DNA of 64,000 bases from Eledone cirrhosa (Eukaryota), in contig OZ024760.1 in the NCBI GenBank assembly GCA_964016885.1, forward strand, positions 4,960,001-5,024,000, read 5' to 3'. The translations under genes were made by a program, and so were the position numbers. The notes beneath the pieces are model-generated. The model was given only the letters and a program-made list of their open reading frames with translations, did no database searches and was not told the origin of the DNA. Each line of letters opens with the position of its first letter. Positions within the stretch are counted from its first letter, which is position 1. Positions 1 to 64,000 of the stretch are shown here, piece after piece.

Positions 1-100
1 ATGGATCACGAACCCACATCTTTGGTTTGGTGGACCAATGTGTTACCATTGGTCCAGAAAACCAAAGATGTGGGTTTGTGTCCCATGTATGTCAATGTAC

Positions 101-143
<43 letters not shown>

Positions 144-509
144 GAGCGAGACATGGTCACCTGACTAATCTTGCCTCAAGTGGGGCAATTCTCGTCTAAA
201 CCCATGCTAGCGTTGAAGATAGACGTTAAACGATGATGATGATGATATATATATATAAAATTAGTATTGACGTACATGGGACACAAACCCACATCTTTAT
301 ATGTCATCATCATTTAACGTATATCTTCCACGCTAGCATGGGTTAGACAGGAATTGTCCCGTTTGAGGTAAGATTGGTCGGGTGACCGTGTCTCGCTCGT
401 ATAGGACTATCTGGCAGGTTTTCTATGATTGGATGCCTTTCCTAACACCAACCATATATATATATATATATATGATCACTATGTATTGTTTTCTTTCCTA
501 ACCTAGCAG

Positions 510-49751
<49,242 letters not shown>

Positions 49752-50036
49752 CGGGATGCCTGCTGGAGTAAGTGAATGAGTGGTTTTTTTTTTTTTTTTG
49801 TGGGGGAGGGGGGATTTAAGTGGGTTTTGGCTGGAGTGGGCAGTTAGGAAGGAGAAGCTGATGTGCTGTAGTGGGGGAATTGATGACTGTGGTAGTGGTG
49901 GTAAGAACTACTACCACAATTACTATTACTACTACTACTACTACTACAAACACCACTATTGCCACCACAATTGTTACAATCACTTTACTGCTACCACAAT
50001 ATCAGTTATATTAGAAGTAGTTTTATAGCAAGCTAA

Positions 50037-50091
<55 letters not shown>

Positions 50092-50399
50092 ATTTGTGTG
50101 TATGTGTGTATATATATGTGTGTGTCTGTATATATGTGTGTATATATATATGTGTGTGTATGTGTATACATATATATATATAATTTTGTATGTATGTATA
50201 TACTGTTTATCTATATGTGTATATGTATGTATGTGTGTGTATGTATATATATGTGTGTGTGTGTGTGTGTATACATATATATATATATATAATTTTGTAT
50301 GTATGTATATACTGTTTATCTATATGTGTATATGTATGTATATATGTGTATGTATATATATATATGTGCATGTGTGTGTATATATATATATATATATAT

Positions 50400-50722
50400 G
50401 GAGGCACATGGCTTAGTGGTTAGAGCATTGGCCTTGCAATCGAAAAGTTGTGACTTCAATTCTCAGACCGGGTGATGTGTTGTTTCCTTGAGCAAGACAC
50501 TATATTTCACGTTGCTCCAGTTTACTCAGCTGTAGAAATGAGATGATAGGGACTGGGGTCCATATCATTCCACTGGAGGTGCCACGGCAAAAAAGCACCC
50601 AGCACTCACTGTAAATGAGGTTGGTGTTAGGAAGGGCATCCAGCTGTAGAAATCAAGCCAGAATCAGTTCCTGTCCCACCCTTGCAAGCAGGGAAAAGCG
50701 GAAGTAAAATGATGATGATGAT
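50400..50722 (+). mobile_element. SINE family 2
   Basis: Same head, core and tail as the 34269 copy. Confidence 0.85.
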
Positions 50723-50829
50723 GTGTGTGTGTGTGTATAATTTTCGGCAAGTGTTGGTCCAGACCATGGCTAACTTAATAGCACCACCTGGTGTAGTCTT
50801 TCAGATTATGAGTTCATAACCTAGTCATG

Positions 50830-51915
50830 TTTTGGATATTGTGGCCCACTCTAGTAAAAAGTTGTTTTCAGAGACATATCTAGGTGTAAGGGGTTTATCC
50901 AGGATTTCTTCAAGGAATTTGTCCAGGGTACCTTTGAATTTATATGGGATCTCTTTCTGTCTTGATGAATTTTGGTATATGTGTGTGTGTCTGTGTGTAC
51001 TCTTTTACCTGTTCTAGCCGACTGGTTGAGGCCATGCTGGGGCACTGCCATTGCCACTACACTTTCTATAGCCAGCCTTCCTTGGTTGACCATTGACATA
51101 AGAGGGAGTGTATCACTGCTGCCCTTATTTGTACTTCATCTTGTGTTGTGGGTTCATCTGAGATATTGATAAGCAGAATGTTGAGATGTTTTTTGAATGC
51201 AGCAACACTATGTAGATCACTCAAGTTTTTTTTGGCAGCTTATTAAAAGGCTAGAGTCTTTGAACCCTATGTTATTGCAGTATCTGATCCTTACTCTATA
51301 ATGTGTAGGCTGAAACCTTTGGCACTTACACAGTTACATCCTGTTCAAGGGTTGGTCCAGCTCTCAATGCCAAAGTTTGCTAGTCCTTCCAGGATCTTCC
51401 ATATGTATATCACTACATATTTCTCACGTCTTCATTCCAGCGAATTGAGCTTTAGATCTTTCAACCTCTCCCAGCAGCTCATCTTCTTCATTGAGGCAAT
51501 CCTCTTGGTGTAGCTTTGTTGGATTGCTTCAAGTTCTGCAGATAGTTTGACACTGTGGGGCAACCACTGCTGAGCGTAATAAGTCGGGTTGGCTGAAGAC
51601 AAATGTCCTCCAGAGGACCAGTATCTTGTCCTGAATGTCTTCAGAATTCAACCAGCCAGTTGTCAGAAAATTCCTGCCATTTTGGTGATGTCTGGTGATG
51701 TGTGCTTGGAAGAATGCATCATTGCTCATGTCAATACCTTGGTCCCATTTTGACTTGAGGGACTTCCTAGTTCAGTGTAGTTTTGTGGAAGAGGCCTTGT
51801 GTTTGTGGGTTGATAGTGAAATGCTTGACATTTTCCAGCATTAAACTTCATATTGTTGTCCTCAGTCCATCTGTATATAGCATCCAAATCTTGTAAGAGA
51901 GTAGCATCAGCTATA
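50830..51915 (-). mobile_element. Decayed CR1-like RT C-terminal fragment
   Basis: LQDLDAIYRWTEDNNMKFNAGKC, then MSND...HI, with many frameshifts. Confidence 0.75.
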
Positions 51916-51919
51916 TGTA

Positions 51920-51953
<34 letters not shown>

Positions 51954-52139
51954 CATACATACACACACATTTACATGTATATATATGTATCTATATACAT
52001 TTTTATGGATGTTTATATTTATATAGGTATATATATATATATATATATGTATATTTATATATATGTGTGTGTATATATATATGTATATTTATATATGTGT
52101 ATATTTATATATGTATATTTATGTGTGTGCATATATGTA

Positions 52140-52186
<47 letters not shown>

Positions 52187-52355
52187 ATTTATACATATGT
52201 GTATATATGTGTATGTATCAACACCATTTACTGTCTATTTGACATGCTTGCTTGAACTACAGAGATTGTCACATTATGAGACAAATCAGGTGACCCACAT
52301 CTATATATATATATATATATGCATGCATGCATGTGTCTATCTGTGTGTGTATGTA

Positions 52356-52393
<38 letters not shown>

Positions 52394-52624
52394 ATACATG
52401 CATAGGTATGTGTATATTATTTATAACTATGTATATATCTATGGAAACTGACACCGGGAGCTGTCGCTTCATCTGAAAAAAAGAAGGGAAAATGTCTCAA
52501 CATATTAAAGCAGTGCTCCAGTATTGCCACAGTCTAATGAGTAAAAAGTATGTATGCGTGATGTAAATGAAATATAGGTATTGAAGTGTAACTTGTATGA
52601 TGCCCGTGTACAAAGTATGATGTT

Positions 52625-53120
52625 GATAGTGAGGCATGGGTAGTGAATATAAAGGATGTGTGAAGGGTAGATTGGATGATGTTTGTGTATGTAGTGTGAT
52701 GTTAGATGGTAATGAGGCACGGGTAGTGAATATAAAGGATGTGTGAGGGGTAGATTGTATGATGTTTGTGTATGTAGTGTGATGTTAGATGGTAATGAGG
52801 CACGGGTAGTGAATATAAAGGATGTGTGAGGGGTAGATTGTATGATGTTTGTGTATGTAGTGTGATGTTGGATGGTAATGAGACATGGGTAGTGAATATA
52901 AAGGATGTGTGAGGGGTAGATTGGATGATGTTTGTGTATGTAGTGTGATGTTGGATGGTAATGAGGCATGGGTAGTGAATATAAAGGATGTGTGAGGGGT
53001 AGATTGGATGATGTTTGTGTATGTAGTGTGATGTTGGATGGTAATGAGGCATGGGTAGTGAATATAAAGGATGTGTGAAGGGTAGATTGGATGATGTTTG
53101 TGGTGTGATGTTGGATGTGA
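52625..53120. repeat. 83-bp tandem repeat, about 6 copies
   Basis: gtaatgaggc at 52709 and 52792, and onward. Confidence 0.9.
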
Positions 53121-53950
53121 ATAAATGTAGGGGGGTGTGTGAAGGCCGAAGAGAAATGTAGTATGCATGCTTTGATTGATGTATATTGTTAATCTATGTA
53201 TGTGTATATATATATATGGATGTGTATTGTAATGGTAGTTGTGTTAGTGACAACAGAAAGCACTTGGTTTTCTTTGTAAGATGGTCGTGCTGGTGACAAT
53301 GAAAATATGCCCAGACCAAACTGTTAGTTGATCATTTTGCTGCCATGATATAAAAGCAGCCAGTCTACATTGTAAATGTGGTTGGCATTAGGATGGGCAT
53401 TCAGCCATAGAAACCAAGCCAGAAAGAGTTCTGTATGAGCAAGACATGGTCACCTGATCTGATTTGTCTCACGACGAGACAGTCATCGTTTAACGTCTTA
53501 TTTTCCATGCTTGCATGGGTCAGACGGAGCGTCCACACTGAGGCAAGTCTGGCCAGTTGGTCACGCTGAGCCTTGCTCAAATGGAGCTACATTTTGGTTG
53601 TATTTTCTTTTTTGGGGGTGGGGGGGGTTACAGCTGGATGACTTTCCTAACACCAACCACATACATTTACATGTAATAATAGTTTCTACTTTTGGCACAA
53701 GGCCAGCAATTATCCCAGTTTACATGTAATAGTGAACATGAAACTTGTGTTTTGTGATACTGTGTGTTAGTATGTGCATGTATTTGTAAATGTAAGCTCT
53801 TGTTTGCATTATAAGCAGTGTTGTTGTGGTGGTATTGGTGGTGTTTATATATAGACATATAATGAGTATGTATATTATATATATGTATATATATTATATG
53901 TGTGTGTATATTATATATATTATATGTGTGTGTATATTATATATATTATA

Positions 53951-53997
<47 letters not shown>

Positions 53998-54030
53998 CTA
54001 TATATATATATATATGTGCATATATAAATG

Positions 54031-54081
<51 letters not shown>

Positions 54082-56345
54082 TCACACACACACACACGTG
54101 TGTGTGTGTGTGTAAAGGAGATGAGAGCATCAAAAACAAAACTCTAAATTTCAACAATTGAGAAGAAATCTTGTGAAATGTTTTTGTATAAATTGAATTA
54201 AAACAGTCTTTCCTTTTTTTTTATGTATTTTTTTAAAAGTTTGATTTTTCTCTTTGTTTTTTTTTAAAGAATCATTTATTACACATAAAATATAGTACCT
54301 GTCATGTACAAGGGGTTAATTTATTCGATAAACCACTTTTTCCCCCGATGTTTCTGGCCTTGTGAGAAATCATCATCGCTATTAAGAGGATGGTAGATTG
54401 GTAAAGTTGTTAAGGCATCAGACAAATGTTTAGTAGTCTTTGTTCTGGCTGTTTACAATCTGAATTCAAATCCTGTTGGGGGTAAGCATAGTCCTTCATT
54501 TTTCCAAGGTCAATAAAATAAAGTACCAGTCGAATACTGGTGTCGAATACTGTAGTTGACTTTCTCTTAATTTAACCGTCTGGATGCTACAGGCGCATTA
54601 TGTTGCCGATAGAGTAATCTCTCCTTAAAACATAATGTCAGTGTCAAGGGAAATAATTCATAAAAGTATCTAGCATGGTAAAGGTTAAATTGCTGGCTTT
54701 GTGCCTAAATTGCAAATTATTATTGTTCTTGTGGTGAGCACTACAGTTAATACGGTTGTGTATTCTTCATTTATGAACTTGTACTGATAAAAAGCAAAAT
54801 TGACTGTCATGGAATTTGAACTTGGAACAGAGAACCAGAACAAATACTGAAAATCATTTTGTCTTATGATCTAACAACTCAGCTAATTTGCTGTCTTATT
54901 TAAGTATTTATTAAATTAGGATTGGATGGCGACTTGATGTTTTTTTGGTTTTTTTTCACCCAAAACAAGGCAATAAAGCTGCAAAAATGCAAGGGGTTAC
55001 AGAGAAGGGAAAAGGACAAGACAGAGAGGACATAATTCAAGGAGAAAGAGGATGATGATTGATGTTGCTTTTGAATATTTGAAAATTATAGTGGTGAGAA
55101 AAGTGAGAAGCTGGAAGAGAATACCAATGGTGATATGTGTGATGGAAAAATACTATCAGAATAGAATTTACAATTATCATACATTTAAGAACTTCAACAG
55201 TAAAGGGACAAGACCAAGCCATAAATCTGGTATTACCTCTAACCCTTTAGCATTTAGATTACTATTATATTTTCATGACAAAAGCTTTACCTTACATAAT
55301 ATCAAATGTATGAGATTTTGATATTTATTTTGAGAACAATACCTTAATATCAGTGTGAGTGGCAAGTTACGGCCGGTTTAAACAGAAAGGGGTGAGAGAA
55401 TTCTGGCCTGATACGGCTGGTTTAAATGCTAAAGGGTTAAACTCATGAAAATGAGGCAACAAAGAGGTAAGCTCATCAGAGTAATTCCAACGTGAAATAT
55501 ACAGAACTCTAAATGGTTTGTGGTATTTGTCCTGAGTTCAAATCCTGTTGAGGTCATTCTTTCATTCTCTCAGGGGTCAACAAAGTAAAATACTAGTTCA
55601 TGGCAGTTGATTTGGGGGAATTGTTAGTGTCAAACAAAATATACTCTGTGGTAGTTGTTATGGCTCTTTGCATTCTAAGTTCAAAACCCACTGGCCTGTT
55701 TGCTTGGGTGGTTGTCATCACCTATCACCCATTTTAACACCACCATCTTGCACCAAGGTTCCCTCTGATGGTGCCGATTCTTTTGCAAGCATTCGAGCCA
55801 GGTTTCTGATTTTAGTATGTCTTTAGTCCTCCTACATTCCCCACCAGTTTTGGAGGCACTCAAAAAAGATCGTGGACACAGTTGTATCCCTCTCTGCCTA
55901 AATCAGGGGGGGGGGGGGCAGTTTCCATGATAGCAAAATTAGACTTGATTGACTATTGTAGTTGTACTTTTTTTTGTTTTTTTTTTTGTTTTTTTTTTAC
56001 TAAACCTTTAGCATTTGCATTTCCCTATATTTACTATTGTATTTTCGTGGTAAATACCACTTTATTTCACATAATATTGAATCTATGAGATTTTGATATT
56101 ATTTATTTTGAGAACAATACCATGGGTGGCCGGTTATGGCTGGTTTGAACAGAAAAAGGTGAGAGGATTTTGGCCGGATATGGGTGGTTTAAATGCTAAA
56201 GGGTTAGATATTTATTTGTATGACCACCACCCCTAAATCCACCCTTCTCCTTAATCTCCTAAAAAAAACCCCAAAATCTGCAAAAATAAAGAGAACATAC
56301 AAGGAATAATAGAGGAAAGAAATGTGTAGGTGTTCTGGTACTCAT

Positions 56346-56389
<44 letters not shown>

Positions 56390-57011
56390 ATACATGTATT
56401 TATGTCATAAAATATATTGTTATAGATGTATGTCATACATGTATACTGTCACATGTATTTGTCAAAATATATTATACATCTATGTCATAGATGTATACAA
56501 TCACATGTATTTATGTCATACAATACATTGCTATATATGTGTAGTCACATGTATTTGTCATACAATATATTGTATACATGTATGTGTCATACATGTACAC
56601 TGTCGTGCTCGTCATAGATGTACAGTCACATGTATTTATGTCATAAGCATATACTAATCATACATGTAAAATATTTACTGCCACATGTATACTGTCATAT
56701 ATTGATGTATATTGTCATACATGTATCTCATAAGTATATAGTGTCATAGATGTATTTAAGCCACACATGTATATATACTATCACATGTATTGATGTCACA
56801 TATACTATCATGTATTGTTGTGCATGTGTGAATGTCATACATGTATATATATATATATATATATACAACATATACATGTGTGCTGTTTTGCACCCGTGTA
56901 TTGTCATACTACTATTTAACCCTTTAGCATTTACATTACTCTATATTTACTATTGTATTTTCATGGTAAAGGCTTTACCTCACATAATTATCCCACATGA
57001 TATTGAATCTA

Positions 57012-57201
57012 AGGGCGGTGGTTTGGCAGTATCGGTAGAGCGTCAGACACCACGCTTTGCAGCATGGAGTTATGGTCCTTTATGTTCTGAGTTCAAATCC
57101 CACCGAGGTTAACTTTGCCTTTCATCCTTACGGGGTTGATAAAATAAAGCACCAGTAATGTACTGGAGTAATTGCTGGCCTTGAGCCAAAAAGTAGAAAC
57201 A
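57012..57201 (+). mobile_element. SINE family 1 nested in a TTAA MITE, 12-bp TSD atattgaatcta
   Basis: TSD at 57000-57011 and 57202-57213. Confidence 0.9.
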
Positions 57202-57990
57202 ATATTGAATCTATGAGATTTTGATCTTATTTATTTATGAGGACAATATCTTAACATCTGTATGAGTGGCCGGTTACAGCCAGTTTGAACAGTTTAACCC
57301 TTTAGCATTTACATTACTCTATATTTACTATTGTATTTTCACGGTAAACACTTTATTTCACATAATTATCTCACATAATATCGAAGCTATGAGATTTTAA
57401 TAGTTATTTTGAGAACAATATCTTAAAATTGGTATGCGTGGCTGATTACAGCTGGTTTGAACAGAAAGAGGTGAGAGAATTCTGGATACAACCGGTTTAA
57501 ATGCTAAAGGGTTAAGTCACACATATATTCAGGTCATACACATTTATGCCATACCTGCATTTATGTTATACATGTAATTATGTCTGCACATAGTATTCAG
57601 ACTAGTAAGAGTGACATGTCATCTTTGTAGAAATTCCCTTTACATCCCAATGTGTTCTGGGCTCAAATCTCACCAAGGTTGATTTTACTTTTGATATTTC
57701 CTGGTTTGGTGGGGGAGGATGGGTTGGGGACAGGAGTGCCAATAAAATAAGGACCTGCTCAGTACTGAAGCTTCAACTAAACAACTACATCCCCACTTTC
57801 CAAAATGTATGGCTGTGTGCCTGTGGTAAGGAACCATATTTTCAGTTTATTTTTCAAATATTTATATACATGTGTATGTGTGTATATATATATATATAAT
57901 ATATATATATATATCAGAATGGATGCAGTAAAAACCTGTTAGACAATTACTCACCAGAGTACTTGATACTTGGGTTAGTAGAGTGTGGTA

Positions 57991-58102
57991 ATATGAAGGA
58001 GTCGGGACCTCAGCTGATGAGCTCCTGCCATTTCAACAGCTAGTTTGGAACTAACTGTTGAAACAGCAGGAGCTCAGATTTTGGGGACCTGACTCCTTCA
58101 TA
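57991..58102. repeat. Imperfect inverted repeat
   Basis: atatgaaggagtc...gactccttcata. Confidence 0.8.
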
Positions 58103-58739
58103 TATATATATGAACTGTTTGTGGTACAGAGACTGGGAAGACCATGGAGCAGGATAGTGCTCAATGCATGTTTAGGTGCAGAGTTGGTATAGTACTTAGT
58201 TAAACCCTAACAGAGGAGCCACTCCATTTTTTAGGTGGCCTACAATCTGACTTTAAACTGTTTTTCCTAGTCAAAGTATATATATATACATACACATACA
58301 CACACACACACATGTATGTGTGTGTGTATATATATACACGCACATGTACATATATGCACACACACGTATTATATAAAATATTTTTAACCAGATAACAAAA
58401 TATTGTATAAAATATCTAAGAAAATGCTCAAAATAATAAAAGTAAAAATTTATAAGATCTGTATTTTTTGTGTATTTTTTCTTCTTTTCTATATAGGGTT
58501 TTTTGTTCTATTAACCCTTTAGCATTTACATTATTCTATATATACTATTGTATTTTTGTGGCAAAGGCTTTATCTCACATGATATCGAATCTTTGAGATT
58601 TTGATATTATTTATTTTGAGAAAAATACCTTAACATCAGTATGAGCAGCCGGTTTGAACAGAAAGAGGTGAAAGAATTCTGGCATGATACAGCCGGTTTA
58701 AATGCTAAAGGGTTAAATGAATGTGGTACCGCATCCTTT

Positions 58740-60045
58740 CATTACTGCTACTGTTGTTGCTGATCTTGCTACTACTACTATTACTACTACTGCTGTTATT
58801 GCTGCTGCTGCTGTTGTTGAATTTGCTACTGCTACTACTGCTGCTGTTACTGTTGTTGATCTTGCTACTATTGCTGCTGATGTTGTTGATCTTGCTGCTG
58901 CTACTACTACTGCTGTTGATCTTGCTACTACCACTGCTGTTGTTGATTTTGATGTCACTGTTGATCCTGCTGTTGATTTTGCTGCTACTACTACTGTTGT
59001 TGATCTTGCTGCTGCTACTACTACTACTACTACTACTACTACTATTGTTGATCTTGCTACTACTACTACTGTTGTTGATCTTGCTGCTGCTACTACTACT
59101 ACTATTGTTGATCTTGCTACTACCACTGCTGTTGATTTTGATGTCACTGTTGATCCTGCTGTTGATTTTGCTGCTACTACTACTGTTGTTGATCTTGCTG
59201 CTGCTGCTACTACTACTACTACTGTTGTTGATCTTGCTACTACCACTGCTGTTGTTGATCTTGCTGCTGCTGCTGCTACTACTACTACTACTGCTACTGC
59301 TGTTGTTCTTGCTACTACCACTGCTATTGTTGATTTTGATGTCACTGTTGATCCTGCTGTTGATCTTGCTACTACTACTACTGTTGTTGATCTTGCTACT
59401 ACTACTACTGTTGTTGATCTTGCTACTACTACTACTGTTGTTGATCTTGCTACTACTACTACTGTTGTTGATCTTGCTACTACCACTGCTGTTGTTGATC
59501 TTGCTGCTGCTGCTACTACTACTACTGCTACTGCTGTTGTTCTTACTACTACCACTGCTATTGTTGATTTTGATGTCACTGTTGATCCTGCTGTTGATCT
59601 TGCTACTACTACTACTGTTGTTGATCTTGCTACTACTACTACTGTTGTTGATCTTGCTACTACTACTACTGTTGTTGATCTTGCTACTACTACTACTGTT
59701 GTTGATCTTGCTACTACTACTACTGTTGTTGATCTTGCTACTACTACTACTGTTGTTGATCTTGCTACTACTACTACTGTTGTTGATCTTGCTACTACTA
59801 CTATTGTTGTTGATCTTGCTGCTGCTACTACTACTGTTGTTGATCTTGCTGCTACTACTGCTGTTGTTGATCTTGCTACTACTACTACTGCCCTTGTTGA
59901 TCTTGCTACTACTACTACTGTTGTTGATCTTGCTACTACTACTATTGTTGTTGATCTTGCTGCTACTACTACTGTTGTTGATCTTGCTGCTACTACTACT
60001 GTTGTTGATCTTGCTGCTACTACTACTGTTGTTGATCTTGTTGAC
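58740..60045. repeat. Triplet-derived minisatellite (GTTGTTGATCTTGCT(ACT)n)
   Basis: Units mostly 27 bp, lengths in multiples of 3. Confidence 0.95.
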
Positions 60046-60719
60046 CCAGTCCCAATTCTGTCACTTCCAATTCTGTCACTTCTGAGTTCAAATTTTGTCA
60101 GCTACATAGACGATGGATTTAATGGCACCTGGTTCAACACCAGCAGCACCACTTACCCATTGGGTGTCTTTACTGAAAGATGCATATGAGACATCACAAC
60201 AGCATAGAGACAGGACATCTTGTTCTAAGCTGTCATGCAACCGGGGCTCAATGTTATTCAATACCACCCTTAGGCACAAAATTGCATTGCACAGTAGTGG
60301 CTGAAGAGGAAGATAGAAGCTTCTCTTCATTCATCCCATGTATTTTGGTTTTTTTTTCTGCATGTACTTTTGCTATTTATTACTTTTATTATTGTAATGC
60401 TGCATGCTCCTTTGATTAACTAACAGTTTACTTACCAGCATGACAAATCTCTCTCTCTCTCTCTATTTTGACAAAAGTCTACTTATATTTCCTTGCACAA
60501 TTTTCCTGCAACATATGTTATCCTGTTTCCAATTATAAGACTTGTTATTTGCTCACGTACTTGCTTTGCTGTCCTAGTCAAAAGACACTTGTGGCCTCTT
60601 GTCTCTATGTTGTTGATATATAAATATATTTGTATGTATATATATTTATATATATGCATACAAATATATAGTGTTTCTTGTGATGCTAAGCTCCGCCAGT
60701 TGCAGACTGCGCATTAATG

Positions 60720-61240
60720 TGATATCTCTTTCTACAAACTTTGAACACCAACAGCAGAGTTCAAAGAGCAAAGATCAAGTCCAGTCCATAAATTGACATT
60801 GTCAAGCCATCGTTTTGGCTGCCAGCCTCTGCTTCTCTTACCAGCCAACCTTCCTTCCAGGCATAACCTACTCACACCACGCGTTGATCTTTTTATATGG
60901 TTGTATAGTTTAAGTACTCTTGATTTGACAATTTATGTAATTGGTCTAAGTTTGGTAATGTTGAGCACCTCACTGATAGAGATACAGTCACTGAGCCACT
61001 TGCCAGTCATAAGTCTCATGATGTGGTTCTGGAACGTAGAGAGCTTCTGAAGTGACCTTGTTGTCCAATTAACTCAGTCAAGACCATATAACACAACTGG
61101 TAGGATGTAAATATCAAAGATCTTAGCCTTCAAACGATAGGAAACTTGTTTTGATGTTAGTACTTCCTTGTTCTTGTTGAAAGCTGCCCAACCTAGAGTG
61201 ATTCGATATTGCGCAGCAACCATTCCATTGTTGTTTGATG
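60720..61240 (-). mobile_element. Decayed RTE-like LINE fragment
   Basis: RITLGWAAFNKNKEVL...LKAKIFDIYILPVVLYG; left boundary approximate. Confidence 0.65.
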
Positions 61241-62212
61241 ATATAGTGGTTAAAGAGATGGAAACACAATCATGAAGTTGTGAATTCGATTCCCAGGCCA
61301 GACAAAGTGTTGAGTCCTTGAGCAAGACACTTTGTTTTGTGTTGCTCAAGTTCACTCAGCTTTAGAAATGTGTTGTGACATCACTGGTGCTAAGCTGTTT
61401 TGGCCGTTGCCTTTCCCTTGGACAACATTGGATGGCGTGGAGAGGGGAGACTGGTATGCATAGGCGACTGCTGGTCTTCCACAAAAACACCTTGCCTAGA
61501 CTTGTGACTCAGAGGAAAACTTTCTAGGTACAAATCCTATGGTTATTTGTGACCAAAAGTGGGCCTTTATGTATATATATATATATATATATGTGTGTAT
61601 ATATATATATAGAGGTATATGATCTTTAAAGCGAAATACCAATGAAGGTTGGAAGATAACTGATGAAGGACTAATTTTATTCATATATAACCCATGTGCA
61701 ACCACGCAGCACGCCATTTTTCATATATTTATATTTTTTCCTCCACTGCGACCTGTCTGTTTCTTTCTTACTGCTTCTCCTTTCTCTGTATCTCTCACCT
61801 TCTTTTTACCCCCCTCTGCCGGTCACTCTCGGCTGGCCTCTTCCTCACACTTTCACTCACTCACTCTCTGCTTCTCCCCCTCTCACTTCCTCCCGTTTAA
61901 CCTATGTGAAATTCTTTTCTCGCTCACATCTCACCCACTCTGATTTCACCGAACTTAAGTTCATAGATATCACGGACTTGTTTCTCCTCTTCCTCTCTTT
62001 CTGTTGCATTACCATCTCCGTTTGTTTACATGTGTCGCTCGCTTCACCCTAATTTACATGTCCCAATAACTTTTCTTTAGTTATTGCTCGCACCAACCAG
62101 AGGTATATGATCTTTAAAGCGAAGAAATACCAATGAAGGTTGGAAGATCACTGATGAAGGACTAATTTTATTCATATGTAACCCATGTGCAACCACGCAG
62201 CACGCCATTTTT

Positions 62213-62257
<45 letters not shown>

Positions 62258-62261
<4 letters not shown>

Positions 62262-62398
62262 AGAAATTAAAAGATGGTTAAAAAGATGGTTTTTATTATA
62301 CGCATTTCAAAAACAAATATCGTCCCTGGATGATATTTGTTTTTGAAATGCGCATAATAAAATCATGGAACTTTTTTAGCCATCTTTTAATTTCTTCT
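62258..62398. repeat. Inverted repeat
   Basis: agaagaaattaaaagatgg...ccatcttttaatttcttct. Confidence 0.85.
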
Positions 62399-62592
62399 TA
62401 TATATATACTCCAGTCCAATAAACTGTTGAGTGCTACTTATCCGATATTTGCATTGCTTTATTGTGCTACAATAAAACTCACCTCCTACACTATATATAT
62501 AAATGAAAGTATAAATGTGTGTGTGTGTTTGTGATGTGTGTATATTGGTGTGATACACACATGTATGTGTGCACATGGATATTGGTATAGAA

Positions 62593-62877
62593 CAGAGGTT
62601 CTCAAAGGTCAGGGGGTGTTGAGAAGGTCCAGGGGGGCGCTGGGACCTCAGGGGTTGGTAGAGATGATATAGTATATCAAATATCAAATGATACATATAT
62701 AGTAAAATAAATAAAAATATATAATATTTGTTTATACATAGTATATATTATTATTTATTATATATTATTTGCAATTTGTGTGTAGGCAGGTCTCTCTGGA
62801 AATAGGGTGGGATGGGGGCGCTGAGGTATTACATAGCCGTGAGGGGGGTGGCGGTGGCCCCAAAAATAGAACCTCTG
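62593..62877. mobile_element. hAT-type MITE
   Basis: CAGAGGTTCT...AGAACCTCTG, TSD gt(a/g)tagaa. Confidence 0.8.
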
Positions 62878-63303
62878 GTGTAGAATGTTACATTAGATAA
62901 GGGACGTAACTCTGTCCGTTATTTTTCCACATGAATGTGACAAGATTATCCCTTCAGTTCATCGAGAATTAATAGATTTCTACGTGTTGTGAGATTACTG
63001 AAGACAACTGGAGACACAGAATACATATGGGGTAATGTTGTTAAATCTTTATTGCTTACTTTTTTTTTTATCCAGTTCAAATTTATTTATGGAAGTGGGA
63101 TAATTTTGATTGGAGGATAAAGCAATGAACTGGTACAAGTTATATATATATATATATATGCACGCATATGTAATTATATATATATATATATATATAGTAT
63201 ATACATTATATATATATGCACACACACATAATTATATATATATATATATTAGGTACATGTAATTACATATATATGTAATTATATATATTCATATATATAC
63301 ATG

Positions 63304-63340
<37 letters not shown>

Positions 63341-63660
63341 ATAATAATAATAAATTTGAAGACTAAAATCCAAAGAGGGCTCGATAAGGATAAATATATA
63401 TCAAATATATTAGAACCGTAGAGCAAATATTTATTAAAATAACAGAGTAAAGTTTAAGCAAAGAATCGCTGCTTTCACCCTTAACGGGATCTTCATACAT
63501 ACACACCTCACTTTATATGGTATGATTCATAAGGCTTCCAGTGTGCTGAAAACAGCTTGGTATCTATACACCAGCGTTGTACCATTTTGGCTAGCTCACG
63601 TATACTGTGAAATAATAGGGATCATCCTGTTGTATAGCAAGCCTGGTGTTAGTGGCTGCA

Positions 63661-63705
<45 letters not shown>

Positions 63706-64000
63706 TAGACATTTAATGTAGTGCTGAGTTCAAATCCATGTAGGAGGTTGTTGGGTGCATAGGGTCTATTAGTTGTAGATAGGGACCTTCCTCCCACAAA
63801 AACAAAAGGAAAAATATACAGGCTTATCAATATATATATATACATACACACACACTTCGATCATTACTTGGCTACTAATACAGGGGGCGGGGGGAACAAA
63901 AAAATATCAAAAGTTTCATTTCAAGCGAAACCCCTCATGTGAAATAGTCTGAAGAGATTTTCTGATTAGGGCACAGATTTTGTCCGGCTGCTAACCACAT

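Noticed and set aside
52505-53168. His-rich ORFs
   Set aside because: 83-bp tandem repeat whose length is not a multiple of 3
58713-60189. 490-aa mucin-like, 454-aa poly-Leu and 288-aa ORFs
   Set aside because: Triplet-derived minisatellite open in several frames; the ATG directly follows a MITE end; no splice or homology support

Overview
Eukaryotic, AT-rich, repeat-dense genomic DNA; the SINE/LINE/MITE and (TA)n content suggests an octopod cephalopod, which is inference. The window is dominated by one spliced + strand gene (510-49751) whose 22 phase-compatible exons I could join into about 975 codons, with the 5' end upstream of the window. It encodes a TDRD7-like germ-granule/piRNA protein: degenerate dsRBD, LOTUS (OST-HTH) domain, then three extended Tudor domains. 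The core of the middle Tudor domain is encoded by individually duplicated exons in the order A1-A2-B1-B2, both A copies ending at GC donors, followed by a partial frameshifted copy of the next exon. This is a candidate mutually exclusive splicing cassette. The introns hold a near-intact RTE LINE with a PHD finger inside its RT, a CR1-like LINE with a -1 slippery site, a 32-bp VNTR grown from an RTE 3' UTR, about 14 TTAA/piggyBac-type MITEs, hAT MITEs, two tRNA-SINE families, and several long foldback palindromes carrying hammerhead-ribozyme-like cores. No prokaryotic features or CRISPR array were found.
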